Of a stretch of 64,000 bases of DNA, positions 12,990-25,410 are shown piece by piece. Under the pieces are notes generated by a model. The model ran no database searches. It worked only from the letters and a program-made list of their open reading frames with translations, and had not been told where the DNA came from. How positions within the stretch are numbered: the stretch's first letter is position 1; each line of letters opens with the position of its first letter. Source of the stretch: the human T2T-CHM13v2.0 reference genome, Homo sapiens; NCBI RefSeq assembly GCF_009914755.1, contig NC_060926.1. The stretch is one strand, 5' to 3'. The position numbers and the translations under genes were made by a program.

Positions 12990-15149
12990 CTATTTAACCC
13001 AATTCTGAATGATTTGGGGTTTTTCTAACATTTACAGTCTTATATATGAATACCTCTTTAATTTTTTTACTTAGAAGAAACTGTAAGCATGGACTATCCG
13101 TATCAAAGAATGATAGTGGGAAATATTACTCAAAAGACAATGGATATGAATCACCAAATTGCTACCTTTAAGTGTTGTACTCTGTGATACAGGTAGTATA
13201 GGCTGCTTCTTCTCTAATGCATTCTCCTGCAACTCCAGTCTCACCAGGATTCCCTGGACTGAGGGTACCACGGACCTACACACAGAGATAACTGACTCCT
13301 GCTTCCATCTACATAATGCAGAAAATCCCAATCCCTTATCACTGGGAGTCTCTGGGGAGTTTATATCCATGTTTTTAAATAATTCTGTTACATTCTTTCC
13401 CTCCTGCCCAACCCCTCAACACATCCTCTTATAAAGACTTTTGGGGGCCTGCTTGCGCTACTTTCCCTAAGACTGCACCAAGTCAGTAGCAAAGACCCAT
13501 CTCATGCCTTCAAAAGCTGTGACCTCAAGGTGCCAGGGCACTGTGGCATTTCACGTGGCCTTCAGTGCATTAAAATCAGGCCATATTTCTCAAGGAGGGG
13601 ACTTTCCTTCCCCCTCTGCACCAGAAGCCCCAAGCAGCACTACCTGTGTTCTCCTGTCTCCCAGAGTCCCACTGCCCATGACCCTGCCACCACTGGACTT
13701 AGTCAGGAAGACCAGAATCTGAGGCAGACACCATGTGTGGGCTCTGTCTCTGACCTTCACCTGTCTCCTCAACTGTCTCCATATAAAATACTCCAGAATG
13801 GCGATTCCACTGAGCTATCAGACTTCACGCCCAGGCATATCCGGATCTTGACACCAGGTACATCTTATATTTACACTCATTATTTCTTATATTTTGATAT
13901 TAATAGGGCAAATTTCCTCCTAATGCTCTTCTTTTACAAAACATTCTTGTAAGCTATTACCTGTTTATTCTTGTTGATAAACATATGAATAGTTTGCCAA
14001 CTTCCAAAATAATCCCATGGAAAATATGTTTGGGGCAGAATTAGGCGAGTGAAACTAATGAAAGAGTTAACATTGTTTAGGTGTTTGGGTCCCCATCAGG
14101 AAGGAGGGGCGTGTGTCTGTACCTATCTGAGTCTTCCTTCATACCTCCTCCTTGGGGTGTGGGGAAGTGGAGAGGACCAGCAGAGAGCGGCCCACCGGAT
14201 CAGCTGAGTGGGCTTTGGGAGACCAGTCAAGCTTACTGGCTCGCACGCTGCAGAGGTAATTGGAAAAGGAAGCAGGATGAGTTCTAAGCCAGCTCTGGCA
14301 TCTTCCAGGAATCCTTTATTTCTTTCATAGCATTAGATGAGTGTATGCTGGAGTTCAAATCTGATGAAAGCAGAAAATAAGCTGATTTAGTAAATTTGTC
14401 AGACAGGAGAAACTGTGGCTGGACTCTGGAGCCAAGGATCATGGAAAGGAGGGCAAAGTGAGGACAGGTAGATATGCATTGTGAGCATGGTGGGCCAGAG
14501 GAGTGCAGGGCGGGGGCTGGATTCTTATGGGAGCTCTGAGACTGGGATTCTTATGCGAGCTCTGAAATCCACCGGTACATTGGGCCGGTAGTTTCCCCGT
14601 TTGAAAATCTGTTGGCTCCTTTCTCAACATGCATGTTCACCGAATGACCTCTAAGGCCCTCCTTGAATCGAGTTTCTCTGAGGTATTAGAGTCGACACAT
14701 GCAACAGGACTTGCATGGCTGAAGAAAAGCCCTAAGCCCTAAGATGTTAAAAATGTCCACGTCTGAACCCAAGGGGCATAATTATAGAATAAAATGATGA
14801 AAAAGCGAGAACTCAAAAGGCCTTTGGGATGATTCTTGCCAGTGGAATAGGAAAGAAAAAAATCCAAAGTAGCCCATGGACATCATTTAGAGTGGATGAA
14901 CCTCTGCAAAGGAAGTACTTCCCAAACCAGTTATTTTGATCACGTGTGGCCAGGACTCCCTGGGATAGCAAATTCTCTCAGATATTATGGATCTCTCTGT
15001 GGGCAGGGTGAGGCAAGGCACTTCTGACTCTTGGGCCCACAGAATCTAATCACAGAGAAAATTTCCAGGCTTTTGGCATCCTTAGGGCAACAAGTTAAAC
15101 AATTTTATCAATGGAGTTCCAGATTGTGTGTGTGTGGGGCGGGGGGAGA

Positions 15150-15411
15150 GAAAGACGGTTTTGCTCTGTCACCCAGGCAGGAGTGCAGTGATGCCATCAC
15201 AGCTCACAGCAGCCTTGACCTCCCAAGCTCAAGTGATTCTCTTACCTCAGAGTAGCTGGGACTAAAGGCGTGCTCCACCACGCCTTACTAATTTTTGTAT
15301 TTTTTTTAGAGACAGATCCTACTATGTTGCCTAGGCTGGTGTCAAACTCCTGGGCTCAAGCGAATCTCCTGCTTTGGCCTCCCCAAGGGTTGGATTAGAG
15401 GCATGTGCCAG
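15150..15411 (-). mobile_element. AluJ
   Basis: Two-arm Alu, diverged, with J-type gctcacagcagccttgacctcc. Confidence 0.8.
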
Positions 15412-15880
15412 GATCAGATTTTGTTTTCCTTTCTTAAAAAAAAAAAAAATGAGTGCCAGATTTTGCTTTAAGCCAAGTTAGCCCTGGTTTAACTCTGTCA
15501 CAGAGACAAATCATTAAAATTCTAATAGGATTAACTCCTCAGAGGGCCCCAGACAGATGCTTGTTTCTCAGATAGAGGAGGAGGTGGGAGGGACAGAAAA
15601 TAACATGCAGTCACCCAAACCGTTCTGAGTCCCCAGCAGGGCTTGCAGTGCAGAGAGCCTGACAGACTGCATCCACTCCCATTATTCCACTTCCCCTAAG
15701 GAGGTGCTAGGCCAATAAATCACCCCGGTTATGCCCTTCCTGACTCTGTCCCGAGAAGTTATCCACCACCTCCCTACACTGAAGGTCAAACGTATCTTCA
15801 TTGTGGCTAAATTCATTGTTAGCCTCAACTACCATTTCCTGCCAGATCTTTGAAGTGGAAAAGGAAAATTCTAAGTTCTG

Positions 15881-16356
15881 TGTGGTAGTCAGCCTCCAAG
15901 ATGACCTCCATGTTAGCCTCCAGTGGTTCCACCTCTTGGCATTCACACACCTGTGTGGCTCCCTTTCCACATTGTACCAGGGTTTGTTTTGTGATGAACA
16001 GCATATAGCACACGTAGGAGAGTTTCACTGCCGCATTGTGAAGTCACCCAGGAAACCTAGAGCTATGCCCACATGGTAAGGAACTAAAGTCTCCAGCAAT
16101 AGCCAGTAAAACACTGAGGCCTGGCAACAACCACATAAGTAAGCTTTGAGGTGCATCCTCCCTCACTTGAACACTCAGATGAGACTGCAGCCCTGGCTGA
16201 TAGCTTGACTCCAATATCATGACAGACCTAGAGGTTGGGATCACCCAACTCAGCCACTCCCAGATTCTTAACCCTCAGAATCTATGAGATAATATATTTG
16301 TTTTAAGTTGCTATGTTTTGGGATGATTTGTTATGCAGTATTAGATAGTGAATGCA
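15881..16356 (+). mobile_element. MLT1E/F-like MaLR LTR
   Basis: tgtggtagtcagcctccaagatgac...tgttatgcagtattagatagtgaatgca. Confidence 0.7.
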
Positions 16357-16544
16357 TTCCGTGATGCCTCATCAATTCTAGAGGCTATGAATTTTATCAC
16401 AATCATTCATATCAAACCAGTATTGTTTTTTATTTTTGAGTAGAGACAAATGCAGTCAGGAAGACATATGCTACATGGAATGACAAATGAACGTTTTGTA
16501 TCTTGTGCCTAGCTCTGTTGTAAGTTCTTAGATTCTCAAACTCA

Positions 16545-16997
<453 letters not shown>

Positions 16998-17229
16998 AGA
17001 ATAGGATGCAAAAATGAATGAGACATAGCTCCTTCTCAGAAAGAGTGCAAGATGGAAAGCAAATTGGTGCACAAAAGTGCATTTAAAGAGAACCAACAAG
17101 ACGTAAGGAAGACATGAAAACCATTGGAGGAATTAAGGAGTGCCTCCTGGAAGAAATGACATGTGAGCAAAGTCTCAAGATTAGTTACGACCCCATACGA
17201 GGCCAGATATAGAAAGAATCACCAAGGAA

Positions 17230-17465
17230 TAGTAATAGCTGGCATTTCTCAGGTGCCTGCTAGGTGCCAGGCATTGTGCTAAGCATTTAACCCACCATAT
17301 TTTATTTAATCCTCACCACAACCTTATGAAGTAGAAGCTATTGTAATTCCTAATTTCAAAAGAGAAAGGCTAGGTTTTGGTTACCACACTGCCCAAGGTG
17401 ACACCGTTCACATGTGCAGAGCTAGGTAGAAAGGAGGCGGTACTCCTTATCTTATGCTCTTTCCC
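17230..17465 (-). mobile_element. MIR
   Basis: gtgccaggcattgtgctaagcattt...tttaatcctcaccacaaccttatgaagtag. Confidence 0.7.
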
Positions 17466-17857
17466 ACTGTCCTCTTCCACCTTCCAGGTGACATGAGCCT
17501 CAGAGATGTGTAACAGCTGTGACATTTTTGCAAATGACAGGAGAAAGTGTCCAGGGAGGTATATGGGCCAGGGGAAGAAACTGCATGAAGTATTGGAACT
17601 TGGCAGTGATTTCCTAGTGCAAGCTCAACTCATTCATTTTGTAAATGAGGAAAGAGAACCCCAGAGAAGGTATATGACTTGCCTAAAGTCATATACATTT
17701 TGTACCTTTAGTATATTTTGATAGTGGCAAAATGTACTAAAGATCCAGATCCCAGGCAGCACTCTCTTTCCACTACAGAAAACTGGAGGCCAACATCGTA
17801 TAGGCCTTTGTGGATGCCTTGCTAAGGAAGTCCGAGCTATGCTATAGGAGATACATT

Positions 17858-18187
17858 CAGTCATGGGCTACATAATGACGTTTTGATCAAAGATGAACCA
17901 CATATATGATGGTGGTGCCATAAGATTATAATACCATATTTTTACTGTACCTTTTCTATGTTTAGATATGTTTACCATTATATTACCATTGCCTATAGTA
18001 TTCAGTATAGTAGCATACTGTTCCAATTTGTAGCCTAGGAGCACTAGGCTATACCATACAGACTAGGTGTATAGTAGGTTATACCATCTAGGTTTGTGTT
18101 AAGTACACTCTATGATAGTCACACAATGAAATTGCCTAATGATGCATTTCTCAGAACATATCCTCATTGCTAAGTGATGCATGGCTG
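17858..18187. mobile_element. Tigger3-family (MER7/Tigger3a-like) non-autonomous DNA transposon
   Basis: Terminal inverted repeats cagtcatg.../...gcatggctg; internal tagcctaggagcactaggctataccatac. Confidence 0.8.
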
Positions 18188-18961
18188 CATATGTAAAATA
18201 CACATAACATAAAATTCACCATGTTAACTGTTTAAGTTACAATTCAGTGACATTAATGCATTGACAATGTTGTGCAACCATCACCACTATCCATTGCCAG
18301 AACTTTTTCATCATCCCAAACGGAAACTCTGAACCCATCAGATAATAATCTCCTATTCCCCCTCCCCCTCATCCCTTGGTAACAATCATTCTACCTTCTG
18401 ACTTTATGAATTTGCCTATTTTAGGTATCTTATATATGTGGAATCATTCAATATTTGTTTTTTATGATAGGCTTATTTAATTTAGCATCATGTTTTCAAG
18501 ATTCACCCATGTTGTAGCATGTGTCAGTACACCATTCCTTTTTTCCCCATTTTCTCATTGTGGTAAAGTGAAAAAAAATATTTACCATTGTAACAGTTTT
18601 TACATATACAGTTCAGTGGTATTAAGTACATTCAGATTGTTGTGCAACCATTACCACTCTCCATCTTCATAATTATTTTCATTTTGCAAAACTGAAACTT
18701 TGTACCAATTAAACAATAGCTCCCCATTCCTTCTTCCCCAAGACCTAGGCAACCATCATCCTACTTTTTGTCTCTATGAATTTGACTACTCTAGCTACCT
18801 CATGTAAGTGGAATCATATAGTATTTGTCTTTTGTGACTGGCTTATTTCACTTAGCACAATGTCTTCAAGGTATATCCGTGTTGTAGCATGTGTCAGAAT
18901 TTCATTCCATTTGAAGGCTGAATAATATTGCATTCTGTGTATATACGCACACACATACACA

Positions 18962-20391
18962 TGAAGGGGCTTCAAAAATTTGGGGAGCATGCATATTATG
19001 AAAAAAGTAAGCATGGATTTCAATTTTTGTTTGCACCCAAATAAACTCGTACTCATTTGTTACAACATGTCTGAACAGGATCTAGTTTGAGTCACTAAGA
19101 AGGATAAGATATCAGTTTGAAAAGAGCCCCTCTCAGAGGAACATGAATTCTGAAAAATTGAAGCAACGGCAAACATGAAATTTATGGTGAAGCTTGGGTG
19201 GAAGAATGGTGAAATCACTGATACTTTACGAAGAGCTTTTTGTGGGCAATGACCCAAAGATATCAGCGGTTTACAAGTGGATACTCATTTCAGGAAGGGA
19301 CGAGAGGATGTTGAAGATGAAGTCTGCAGCAGCAGACCATCCACATAATTTGTGAGAAAAAAATTAACCTTATTCATGCCCTAATTGAAGAGGACTGATG
19401 ATTAACAGCATAAACATAACCAACACCACAGACACCTCAGTTGGTTGAACTTACTCATTTCTGACTGGCAGATTAAAGTTGAGCACACTTTCCACTTGAT
19501 GGGTGCCAAAATTGTTGTGACCAGATCAGCTGTAGACAAGAATAGAGCTTTCAATGGAAATACGAAACAAGCGGGATCAAGATCATGAAAGATTTCTTTG
19601 AAGAACTGTAATAACAGAAAAAACAGGCTTTACAAGTGTGATCCAGAAGACAAAGCACAATCAAAGCAATGGCTACCAAGAGGTGGAAGTGGTTCAGACA
19701 AAGCAAAAGCAAACTAATCAAGAGCAAAGGTCATAGCAATAGTTTTTGGGGGATGCTCACAGTATTTTGCATGTGATTTTCTGTAGAGGGCCAAAGAATG
19801 AAATATCTGCTTATTATGAGGGTATTTTGAGAAATTAGCCAAAGCTTTAGCAGAAAAAATGCCTGAAAAAGCTCCACCAAAGAGTCCTTCTCCACCATGA
19901 CAATACTACTGCTCATTCCTCTAATTGAACAAGGGCAATTATTAGCCATCCTTCTTACCATCCTGATTTGGCTCTTTCTGACTTCATTTCCTAATCTTAA
20001 AAAGTCTTTAAGGAGCAGCTATTTTTCTTACGTTAATAATGTAAAAAAAAAGGGCTTCATTGACATGGTTAAGTTCCCAGGACCCATGCCAGGCCTGGTG
20101 GCTCATGCTTGTAATCCCAGCATTTTGGGAGGCTGAGGTGAGAGGATTGCTTGAGGCCAGGAGTTTGAGACCAGCCTGAGCAACCTAGCCAGACCCTGTT
20201 TTAACAAAAAAATAAAAATAAATAAATAAAATAGAAAAATTCCCAGGATCCTTAGTCCTTTAGAGATGGACTAAATGTCTGCCATCATTACAAAAGCATC
20301 TTGAACGTGATGGAGCTTATGCTGAGAGCTAAAGTTTATGTATTTTTATCTTTTAATTCCATTTTCCCACAAACTTTTGGAAGTTCCCATG
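18962..20391 (+). mobile_element. HSMAR2 mariner transposon, near full length, transposase decayed; FLAM inserted at ~20086-20236
   Basis: TIRs tgaaggggcttcaaaaattt.../...aaacttttggaagttcccatg. Transposase start ATGAATTC at 19143, WVPK motif at ~19500 and a YSPDLAPSDF-like motif (SYHPDLALSDF) at ~19950. The FLAM is flanked by TSD aagttcccaggaccc/aaattcccaggatcc. Confidence 0.9.
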
Positions 20392-20526
20392 TGAGTGTAT
20401 GTGTGTATGTGGAGCATTTTGTTTGTCCCTTCATCATTGATGGACATTTGGATTGTTTCCATGTTTTCGCTATGGTGAATAATGCTGCTATGAACATGGA
20501 TGTACAAACATGCCTTTGAGACCCTG

Positions 20527-20881
20527 TGTATTAGTTCACTTGCACACTGCTGATAAAGACATACCGGAAACTGGGAACAAAAGGAGGTTTAATTGGACTT
20601 ACAGTTCCACATGACTGGGGAGGCCTCAGAATCAAGGCAGGAGGTGAAAGGCATTTCTTACGTGGTAGCATCAAGAGGAAACTGAGGGAGAAGCAAAAGT
20701 GGAAACCCCTGATAAACCCACAGGATCTCGTCAGGCTTATTCACTATCACGAGAATAGCATGGGAAAAACAGGCTCCCATGATTCAATTACCTTCCCCTG
20801 GGTCCCTCCCACAATACGTGGGAATTCTGGGAGATACAATTCAAGTTGAGATTTGGGTGGGGACACAGCCAAACCGTATCA
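20527..20881 (-). mobile_element. THE1 (C-like) solo LTR
   Basis: tgtattagttc...ggacacagccaaaccgtatca with a perfect 5-bp TSD CCCTG (20522-20526, 20882-20886). Confidence 0.9.
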
Positions 20882-21349
20882 CCCTGCTTTTAATTTTTTG
20901 GGTTAGACACCCGGAAGTGGAAACACTCGATCATATGGTAATTGTATTTTTTAACTTTTTGAGGAAACCCTATACTGTTTTCTACAGTGGCTTCACCATT
21001 TTACTTTCCTACCGACAGTGCACAGGGTTCCAGTTTCTCCACATTCTCACCAACACTTGTTATCATTTCTTTTTACAGCTGGATAATATTCTATTGCATG
21101 TATATACTATATGTATTTTGTTAATCCACTTAGCTGATGGACATTTGGGTTGTTTCTGTCTTTTGGCTACTGTGAATAGTGCTGCCATGAACATCAGTGT
21201 ATGTGTGTCCCTGCTTTCAATAGTTTGGGGTTACATACCTTGGAGTGGGATTGCGGGACTATATGCCTCACGTTTTGAGGAATCTATGGGCTTGTAAAGG
21301 TAGACTGTGCTCTGTAAGTCAGCGCTGTCCGTCCCAGCCTTCTAAGCAG

Positions 21350-22300
21350 ACATCCCTGGGCGGGGGTCCTTCCTCTCTCCAGTGTGCTACCCCGCCCCCT
21401 TGTTTGCTCTCCAGAAAGCACTTCTCTGAGCCTCTTTTACGGAGAGGTAGGGCAGCTGGCAACAAAGATGGCCCTGGTGTCCGTTCAGGCTGGCCCAGGG
21501 GACCAGGTTGGGGCCGGCCCCTGAGTGTCCCCTGAGGAGGTGTGTGAGCAGCGGGGGAGGCTCCTCGGTCCTTTGCAAGCTCGCGGCTGAGCGGGGCCGT
21601 GTCCGTCCACTCCGACGGCGCTGGGCTGCCAAGGTGAGCCGCCGAGGAGCCCCGTGCCCCGAGGCGGGCACAGCCGCCCTGCATGGGTGCCCCCGGCGCG
21701 GGATTGACGCAGAGCCCTGCCCGGAGCCCCAGCGGCCCCGTTCCTGCCCCAGGCGGCCGTTCCGAAGCCTGAGCCGGGCAACGCGCAGCCCGCCTGGCCC
21801 GGCTCCCTCCCGCGCGTCCTCGTCGCGAGCTGCCGCCTGGGAGCTCCAGACGCTCCCGCCCAGGGCGATCCGGACGCTCCCGCCCAGGGCGATCCCGGCC
21901 TCTGCAGCCCAGCTGGCGACACGCCTCGCCAAGAGCCCGCACCTCGGCGCCTCACGGCCACCGGAGGCGGGGACAGGGAGTCCGGCGCGGGCCGGGTCGG
22001 GGGATCTGCAGCGGCGGCGCGAAGGTAACTCCCCCGCCAGAGCCGGGAAAGAGCCCCGAGCAGAGGAGGAAGGGAGCGGGGACCTGCCCTTCGCCTGCCG
22101 GCTTCTGGAAGAAGCGTCTCCTGATCCGGCCCCGGAATAAGAAACCCGGACCTTGCCTGCCGGGCTCCGCGATGCCGCAGGTACAGAGCGCGCCCTCCCG
22201 GGGAGGATGCTCCAGGGACCCCGCGCTGCACTGGCTGCGGCCGTGGGGTGCGGCGGCTTCTGAGTGAAGAGGGGACTTTGCCAGGGATTCACTCCTGTGA
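21350..22300 (+). promoter_or_regulatory. PROKR1: CpG island, probable PROKR1 promoter and non-coding first exon
   Basis: The largest GC- and CpG-dense non-repeat stretch in the window, ~2 kb upstream of the ATG. Contains GC boxes (GGGCGG/CCGCCC) and candidate donors GAAG|GTAACT (22024/22025) and GCAG|GTACAG (~22180). The TSS cannot be determined from sequence. Confidence 0.8.
21849..21896 (+). repeat. 24-bp tandem duplication in the CpG island
   Basis: gacgctcccgcccagggcgatccg / gacgctcccgcccagggcgatccc. Confidence 0.95.
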
Positions 22301-23993
22301 GTTTCTTCAGGAGAGCCAGGCTTCCCCTCCTCTGTCCTTAGGGGAAGCTGCCCAGGCTCCAGGGAGAAAGTTGGGAGCAGGCGGGGGACTTGCCAGCAGG
22401 GGTTTGTGAGAGAGGCTTCTAGCGATCGAGAGGTCACCAGGTGGGGGTAGGATTGGGGTTCCCCTCTGAACGGTGAGAATAAAGGAGAAAAGACCTCTGG
22501 ACAATCATCCTTAATCTCGTGACGCCCTCCTCTCCACCCCCGAAGCTTCTGTATTCTTTGCTTTTAAACACTACTTTGACCCTTCAGGTAGCATGCTTGT
22601 AGGGGTACCCCTCCAGGAGTGGCATGCCTCTGCGACCCACGGGACCTGCAAGGAGTGGGGCTTGTCCCGCCTGGGTTCCAAGCCTGCCCCCCTCCTTCTT
22701 TTCAGCTGAGTTCTGCCTCTCCTCCCTGAGTGGGCAGAGGGCAAGGGCTGAGCCAGACAGAATTGAGAGCTCCGAGGAAGGAAAAAATCAGGGTAAGGAG
22801 TTAGGACAGAGAGGCAGCAATGGGGCTGAGCCTCACTGGGGCGCAGAGGGACTTTAAACTTGGCCCCAAGAAGACAGGCTCCAGATGTTTTGCCTCGGAG
22901 GAATATGGAGAGCAGGCTTTCCTGGGGGTGGGGAGGTGGGGTCCTGGGCATCTTCCTCATCTTCCTTTCCCAGGAAAACTCTGGCTTGCATTCTTCCCTC
23001 TGTTCTCCTGACATTTGTTTTAGGGTGCTCTCCAGACCTCAGCCCTCCTTCTACGTCCCACTCCCTGGTCTGATGTCTTCAGGGTTTGGGAGGGACTGCA
23101 GGGAGAGAGCAGGGGACAGGGGGACTCTGGCTGCCTCCCTGTCCCCACCAGGGCAGCTGACACCCCCCTAGACCCCTCACCCCAGCCCCATTATGTGGTG
23201 TGGTGGAGTCCCTGTATCAGGATTTCGCTCCCCTTCCTTGCAGCTGACAGAGGAGGCCTGAGAGCGCAGTAGTAACTCCTTGCAGTTCTAGGGTGTAACA
23301 CTCTCCTCCAGGGAGCTCCAGGCTGTGCAGACATTATTGATCTCCTGCCTGGCAGAAGTTGAACCTCTGAGTGTTTAAGCTATTTACCCCTGGACACTCA
23401 ACCAGCCAAGGAAAAATTTTGCTCTAGCGTCCCCATTCTCATCACTTGGTTAGTCACAGGCTGTGACTTTACCCTACAGCCTCTGTCTGGGGACAGGCCT
23501 TCATAAATGCTGTTCCCAGCTTCTAGGGTCATAGCAGGTTCTAATGTGGGAACAGGAAGTCCAGCAAATAGTGAGGAAGGTGGCTGCTCTATGGCTCTGT
23601 GATTTTAGAGCCATGTTCTGCCAGAAGAGCAAGGAGAGCAGACAGGCTTGTCTGAAAGCCCTCCCTCTTAAATAGCATTTAAAGAAATTTCTTTCTCTTC
23701 AGCCTCCCCACACTCCCAACTTTTGTCCTTGAGAAAAGGTGCAACACTTCTGAGTCTTCAGTGGAACAGAAATAAACTGAGCCAGTGCTTGATTGTCTCT
23801 ATAGCAATCCACCCTTCCCTAATTGAGTATGTGGTTTTCATTCATTTTCTCTCATTGGTTCCTTTATTTCCACTCCATCACCCTATGTTCACTCTGGGCA
23901 GGGAGCTAATAGGTCTGCTTAGGTTACAGGGTGGTTTTGAATTTGGCCAGCTTTACTGCAACATATAGCCAACTGTTTGTATGTCTTTCAAAG

Positions 23994-24153
23994 GTTTAGA
24001 ATGGAGCTCAGATACCATACCCCAAAGATGCTGGCAGAGACATTCTGACTCATTAAGGGAGAGCTGGCTGATAGCAGAGAGGGGTGACATCAGCCTTGCA
24101 GACATTGCCCTGGGGAATTCTGAGCAGTGTTGCTCACAGCACCACCTGGCCAG
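23994..24153 (+). other. PROKR1: Probable 5' UTR part of the first coding exon of PROKR1
   Basis: Acceptor-like tgtttgtatgtctttcaaAG|G at 23993/23994, 160 nt upstream of the ATG. Confidence 0.6.
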
Positions 24154-24638
24154 ATGGAGACCACCATGGGGTTCATGGATGACAATGCCACCAACACTTC
24201 CACCAGCTTCCTTTCTGTGCTCAACCCTCATGGAGCCCATGCCACTTCCTTCCCATTCAACTTCAGCTACAGCGACTATGATATGCCTTTGGATGAAGAT
24301 GAGGATGTGACCAATTCCAGGACGTTCTTTGCTGCCAAGATTGTCATTGGGATGGCCCTGGTGGGCATCATGCTGGTCTGCGGCATTGGAAACTTCATCT
24401 TTATCGCTGCCCTGGTCCGCTACAAGAAACTGCGCAACCTCACCAACCTGCTCATCGCCAACCTGGCCATCTCTGACTTCCTGGTGGCCATTGTCTGCTG
24501 CCCCTTTGAGATGGACTACTATGTGGTGCGCCAGCTCTCCTGGGAGCACGGCCACGTCCTGTGCACCTCTGTCAACTACCTGCGCACTGTCTCTCTCTAT
24601 GTCTCCACCAATGCCCTGCTGGCCATCGCCATTGACAG
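24154..24638 (+). CDS. PROKR1: Prokineticin receptor 1, first coding exon (aa 1-161 plus 2 nt): N-terminus, TM1-TM3
   Basis: Translates [66 protein letters not shown]...GIGN...LAISDF...LLAIAIDR, which I recognise as human PROKR1. Contains class A GN (TM1) and LAxxD (TM2) motifs and N-glycosylation sequons at N11, N14 and N36. Ends at donor AG|GTGAGT (24638/24639). Confidence 0.97.
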
Positions 24639-25096
24639 GTGAGTGCAGCAGCAGTGGGGACAACAAAGGCGGTCAGGGAGGAAGGGGCATTGGAATTGCC
24701 CCCTCCTGTACTGCAGTTGCAGATTGATGAGAGGTGTCTCTATTCCCCCTAGATGTGGTTGCATGGGGGACTCAAAAGCTTGCCCATTGACTGACAGTGA
24801 GAAGAGTTCTCCTTTTCCAGCTTTGTTCAGACAGAAGACAGCAGAGCCCTCTAGAGTTGGGTGATGGGAAGCTTTTGATCTCCCTTGCTATGGATGTTTT
24901 CCTAGATATTACACCTTTCAAGGTCTAGAGTAGACAGGTAAGAGGAGATATCGAGGGAAACTTTAAGCGTCAGGCAGTTACCTCTTGAGTCAATGTGGAA
25001 ATCTTGAAGGAGGTTTCTATCTCATCAAGACTTCCTCTACTAAAATATGACCTTCTAGCATCATCTGTTTTTAAATAAGATTCAAGGATTTATGAC

Positions 25097-25410
25097 TGGC
25101 TGTGGTAAACAGTTCAAGCCTATAATCCCAGCAATTTGGGAGGCCGAGATAGGAGGAGCATTTGAGGCCAGGAGTTCGAGACCAGCATGGGCAACATATC
25201 CAGACCTCACCTTTTGAAAAAATTAAAAAATTAGCTGAGCGTGGTGGTGTGTGCCTGTAGTCCTAGCTAGTTGAGAGGCTGAGGCAGGAGGATCACTTGA
25301 GCCCAGGAATTCCAGGCTGCAGTGAGCTATGTTCATGCCACTGTGCTCCAGCCTGGGTGACAGAGGGAGACCTTGTCTCTAAAAAATAAATAAATAAATA
25401 AAAATAAAAA
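25097..25410 (+). mobile_element. AluJ (intronic)
   Basis: Two-arm Alu with an (AAAT)n tail. Confidence 0.85.

Larger units (their letters stand above)
18190..21280 (-). mobile_element. L1MA/L1MB 3' fragments hosting HSMAR2 and THE1 insertions
   Basis: Reverse L1 3' UTR motifs (ttgtgcaaccatcaccact; gtggaatcatatagtatttgtc; gatggacatttggattgtttcc) resume after each insert. Confidence 0.75.

Noticed and set aside
19143-20330. Functional or domesticated mariner transposase
   Set aside because: Frameshifts and stops from the first codons, a FLAM insertion, and no long ORF in the track.
20779-21297. 172-aa ORF upstream of the CpG island
   Set aside because: Chance read-through of antisense THE1 and L1M sequence.
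21319-22437. Several overlapping 160-301 aa ORFs on both strands
   Set aside because: They lie in the CpG island, where stop codons are scarce. The translations are Pro/Arg/Gly/Ala-rich with no recognisable domain, and several use non-ATG starts.
24127-24153. GTG-initiated N-terminal extension of PROKR1 in the ORF track
   Set aside because: Artefact of the ORF caller allowing alternative starts; the known protein begins METTMG.
23953-24666. 237-aa antisense ORF over the PROKR1 exon
   Set aside because: Shadow ORF caused by the GC3-rich codon usage of the sense exon.
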